From: Phoronis australis
Taxonomy: Eukaryota; Animalia; Phoronida
Length of the DNA: 64,000 nucleotides
Assembly (NCBI GenBank): GCA_002633005.1
Contig: NMRA01000044.1
Span: forward strand, 1,069,731 to 1,133,730
Direction: 5' to 3'
Within the stretch, counting starts at the first letter, position 1, and the number at the start of each line of letters is the position of its first letter. Made by a program: the position numbers and the translations under genes. Below are positions 61,931 to 64,000 of the stretch, one piece after another. The notes under the pieces were generated by a model. The model made no database searches. It saw only the letters and a list, made by a program, of their open reading frames with translations, and was not told the origin of the DNA.

Positions 61931-64000
61931 TCTCAACTCACAATCACTACTACTCATAAAGTATTTCTGAAGAAAAAATTAATGCAATCTCTATTCTAGT
62001 CAAAAACCACAGCAAAATCTTTTAAATTAACTTTGAAATGATTTTTCATTTCGTTCTTCAGGCTTTTCGCCACAACTTAACTGAAGCTCCACAAATAATG
62101 ACAAAATTTGTTAACCTTCTTTTAAAACTGAATGCGCAACAATCGCACGTACTAAAATCTTAACTGCAAGTTAATAATCAGTAATAAAAATGATAAAGAC
62201 TATTCAAAACAAAGGTTTGTGAATTACAGAAACCTAAAACCACAACACCGTTTTGTGTACAGACATCTTCTTCCAGGTCATATTTACTACTGTGTGAGCA
62301 AACAAAGCCCTGAAAACAATGTGATTATAAAAATACAACAGAGTAAAGGAACAAACTAATTGCGCAAATAAATAATTATTACACAATAAGGCACCCTGTC
62401 CCTGGGCGGGAATATCTTGAGCGGGTCGAGGATACCAAAAGCATAACAACGACCTGGTAATTGTTTCCAGCAAAACAATATTTACAAAAATTGGACAAAT
62501 AAAAAAACAGGTTCGCAACTCCTATATCGTCATATGACTTCCAGGCACATTGAACTCAACGTCCTCAGAGGGGGTAATGTAACACCTACATGCTGAAACG
62601 TTTGTGGATCCAGGAGGCATACCGCGAGTGAGTAGTGACATTTTTTCCCATCATGCAACAGGTCTCATGCGTTAATACAGTGAGTCAGTGTTCGCCCAAG
62701 ACAACATAACACTAGGGTCCAGTGGATCCAGCTTTCAAAAACACTGGGGTCCATTTCTCAGTTCCTTAAGGACTTGGAACAGGCCACAAATGATTACGCT
62801 AGTGTAGAAAGATGCACAGTGTACAATACAAACCAAAAGTATCCAAACAAAATGACCCCTAATTCTCCGTCGTGATGGTTGGATGGAATATCAATTCATC
62901 GTCTCGTGACCGAGAATAAAGGGAAATAACAGGGAAGATAGTTAGGTGGCTAAGCTATTTCATAATCAGAATTTTGATACCATAATAGTTATTACCAGTA
63001 ATTAGTAATTTTTGATGTTAAGAGAATTAGTGGTCGTGTCAGGAACGCGGTATTTTGTCGGATTTAGTTTTATCTTGTACTGTGTGTTGGAAAGAAGGTG
63101 AATGCTGCATGCTTCTAATGACGGAAAATATAACAAGATTATCAAGAAATGAAATGGATGTTTTCAATTCCTTAAGTTTTATTTCTTACAAATTCCCAAA
63201 AATGCGTTCGAGGTGATGCAACAATAAACTAAATATGAGCCTTATTTAACTCAATTGTCAATTGCAACGCAGCCTCGGGTGAACTCTGAGAGATGGTCGA
63301 TATTCTATGACTGCCCACGCTGGGAGCAGACGATATGTTGGAAACAATGAGGAAATTCAAATAACTGCTCTGCCAGCTGAAAATTTAATTTTTCATTTTT
63401 AAAATATAAGTCTAGTGGCAAATAAAATAAGACAAAATCTTGGCCATGCATCACTCCAATCACCAACAGCTGTTGTTCACAGATGGCGACTGACAAGTAG
63501 GGAGACGTGTTATTTCATTATCAGCACTGACCATGCTGGTAAAAACAAATAGACATTATAGGAACTGATATGATGTGAATTGTGTCGGCGTGTACCGATT
63601 TGACGAAACTTGAAAAATAAAAATGAAATCAAAAAGATGGTAAAACATGCTTCTAAACCAACATAGACGTGACAAACTTTAAAAAGGTAGACTTAAGGTT
63701 TCATTGTTTACGGATATATTTTGAGGACAGAATTTGGGGGAATATTTAATATCAAAGCTTCAAGGACTTTCACACTGTATTCTGTTTAGTAACAACAACA
63801 ACATCAGCCAGTGTTGTAAGAAGGGATGGCAAAGAAACCCTGGTCAGGAAACACAGAAAGCTGCAAAAGAAGTCATAAAAAGTCATTCTCATTTTCTTAC
63901 CCGTAAGACAGCTGTGTCAGCGAAATACTTGAGAAAATGGAACAATTGTTTGTTAAAACCAGGAATGCTGTGGTAAGATGCTTCCTATCAAATCCATCAT

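Noticed and set aside
61668-61970. 100-aa repetitive plus-strand ORF
   Set aside because: Arises from the 90-bp tandem array lacking stops in one frame.
63250-63375. Possible further upstream channel exon
   Set aside because: An acceptor-like ttttcag exists, but the donor is weak and no frame resembles IP3R/RyR; left uncalled.

Overview
Intron-rich, AT-rich eukaryotic DNA, most likely from a marine invertebrate (lophotrochozoan-like; inferred). It holds three protein-coding genes and one putative spliced transcript, all reconstructed by hand from splice signals and exon phase. (1) The 3' end of an SRRM1/SRm160 splicing-coactivator gene (+, 253-4979). (2) A putative minus-strand spliced transcript (about 22690 down to about 5750) leaving a shared bidirectional promoter, with only a 64-aa ORF. 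(3) An 11-exon, ~582-aa gene (+, 22869-36457) with signal peptide, JmjC/Cupin_8 domain, EF-hand-like loop, coiled coil and KDEL. It appears to lack all three JmjC iron ligands and needs a non-canonical TT-AG intron to stay in frame. (4) The C-terminal ~1120 aa (25 exons, -, 40468-61661) of a divergent IP3-receptor/ryanodine-receptor-family channel with a shortened pore signature; four of its splice sites sit inside local tandem duplications. Non-coding parts contain several MITE families, two tRNA-derived SINEs, microsatellites, a 75-N gap, a 60-bp-arm fold-back hairpin and an interrupted HDV/CPEB3-like ribozyme candidate. No database searches were run.
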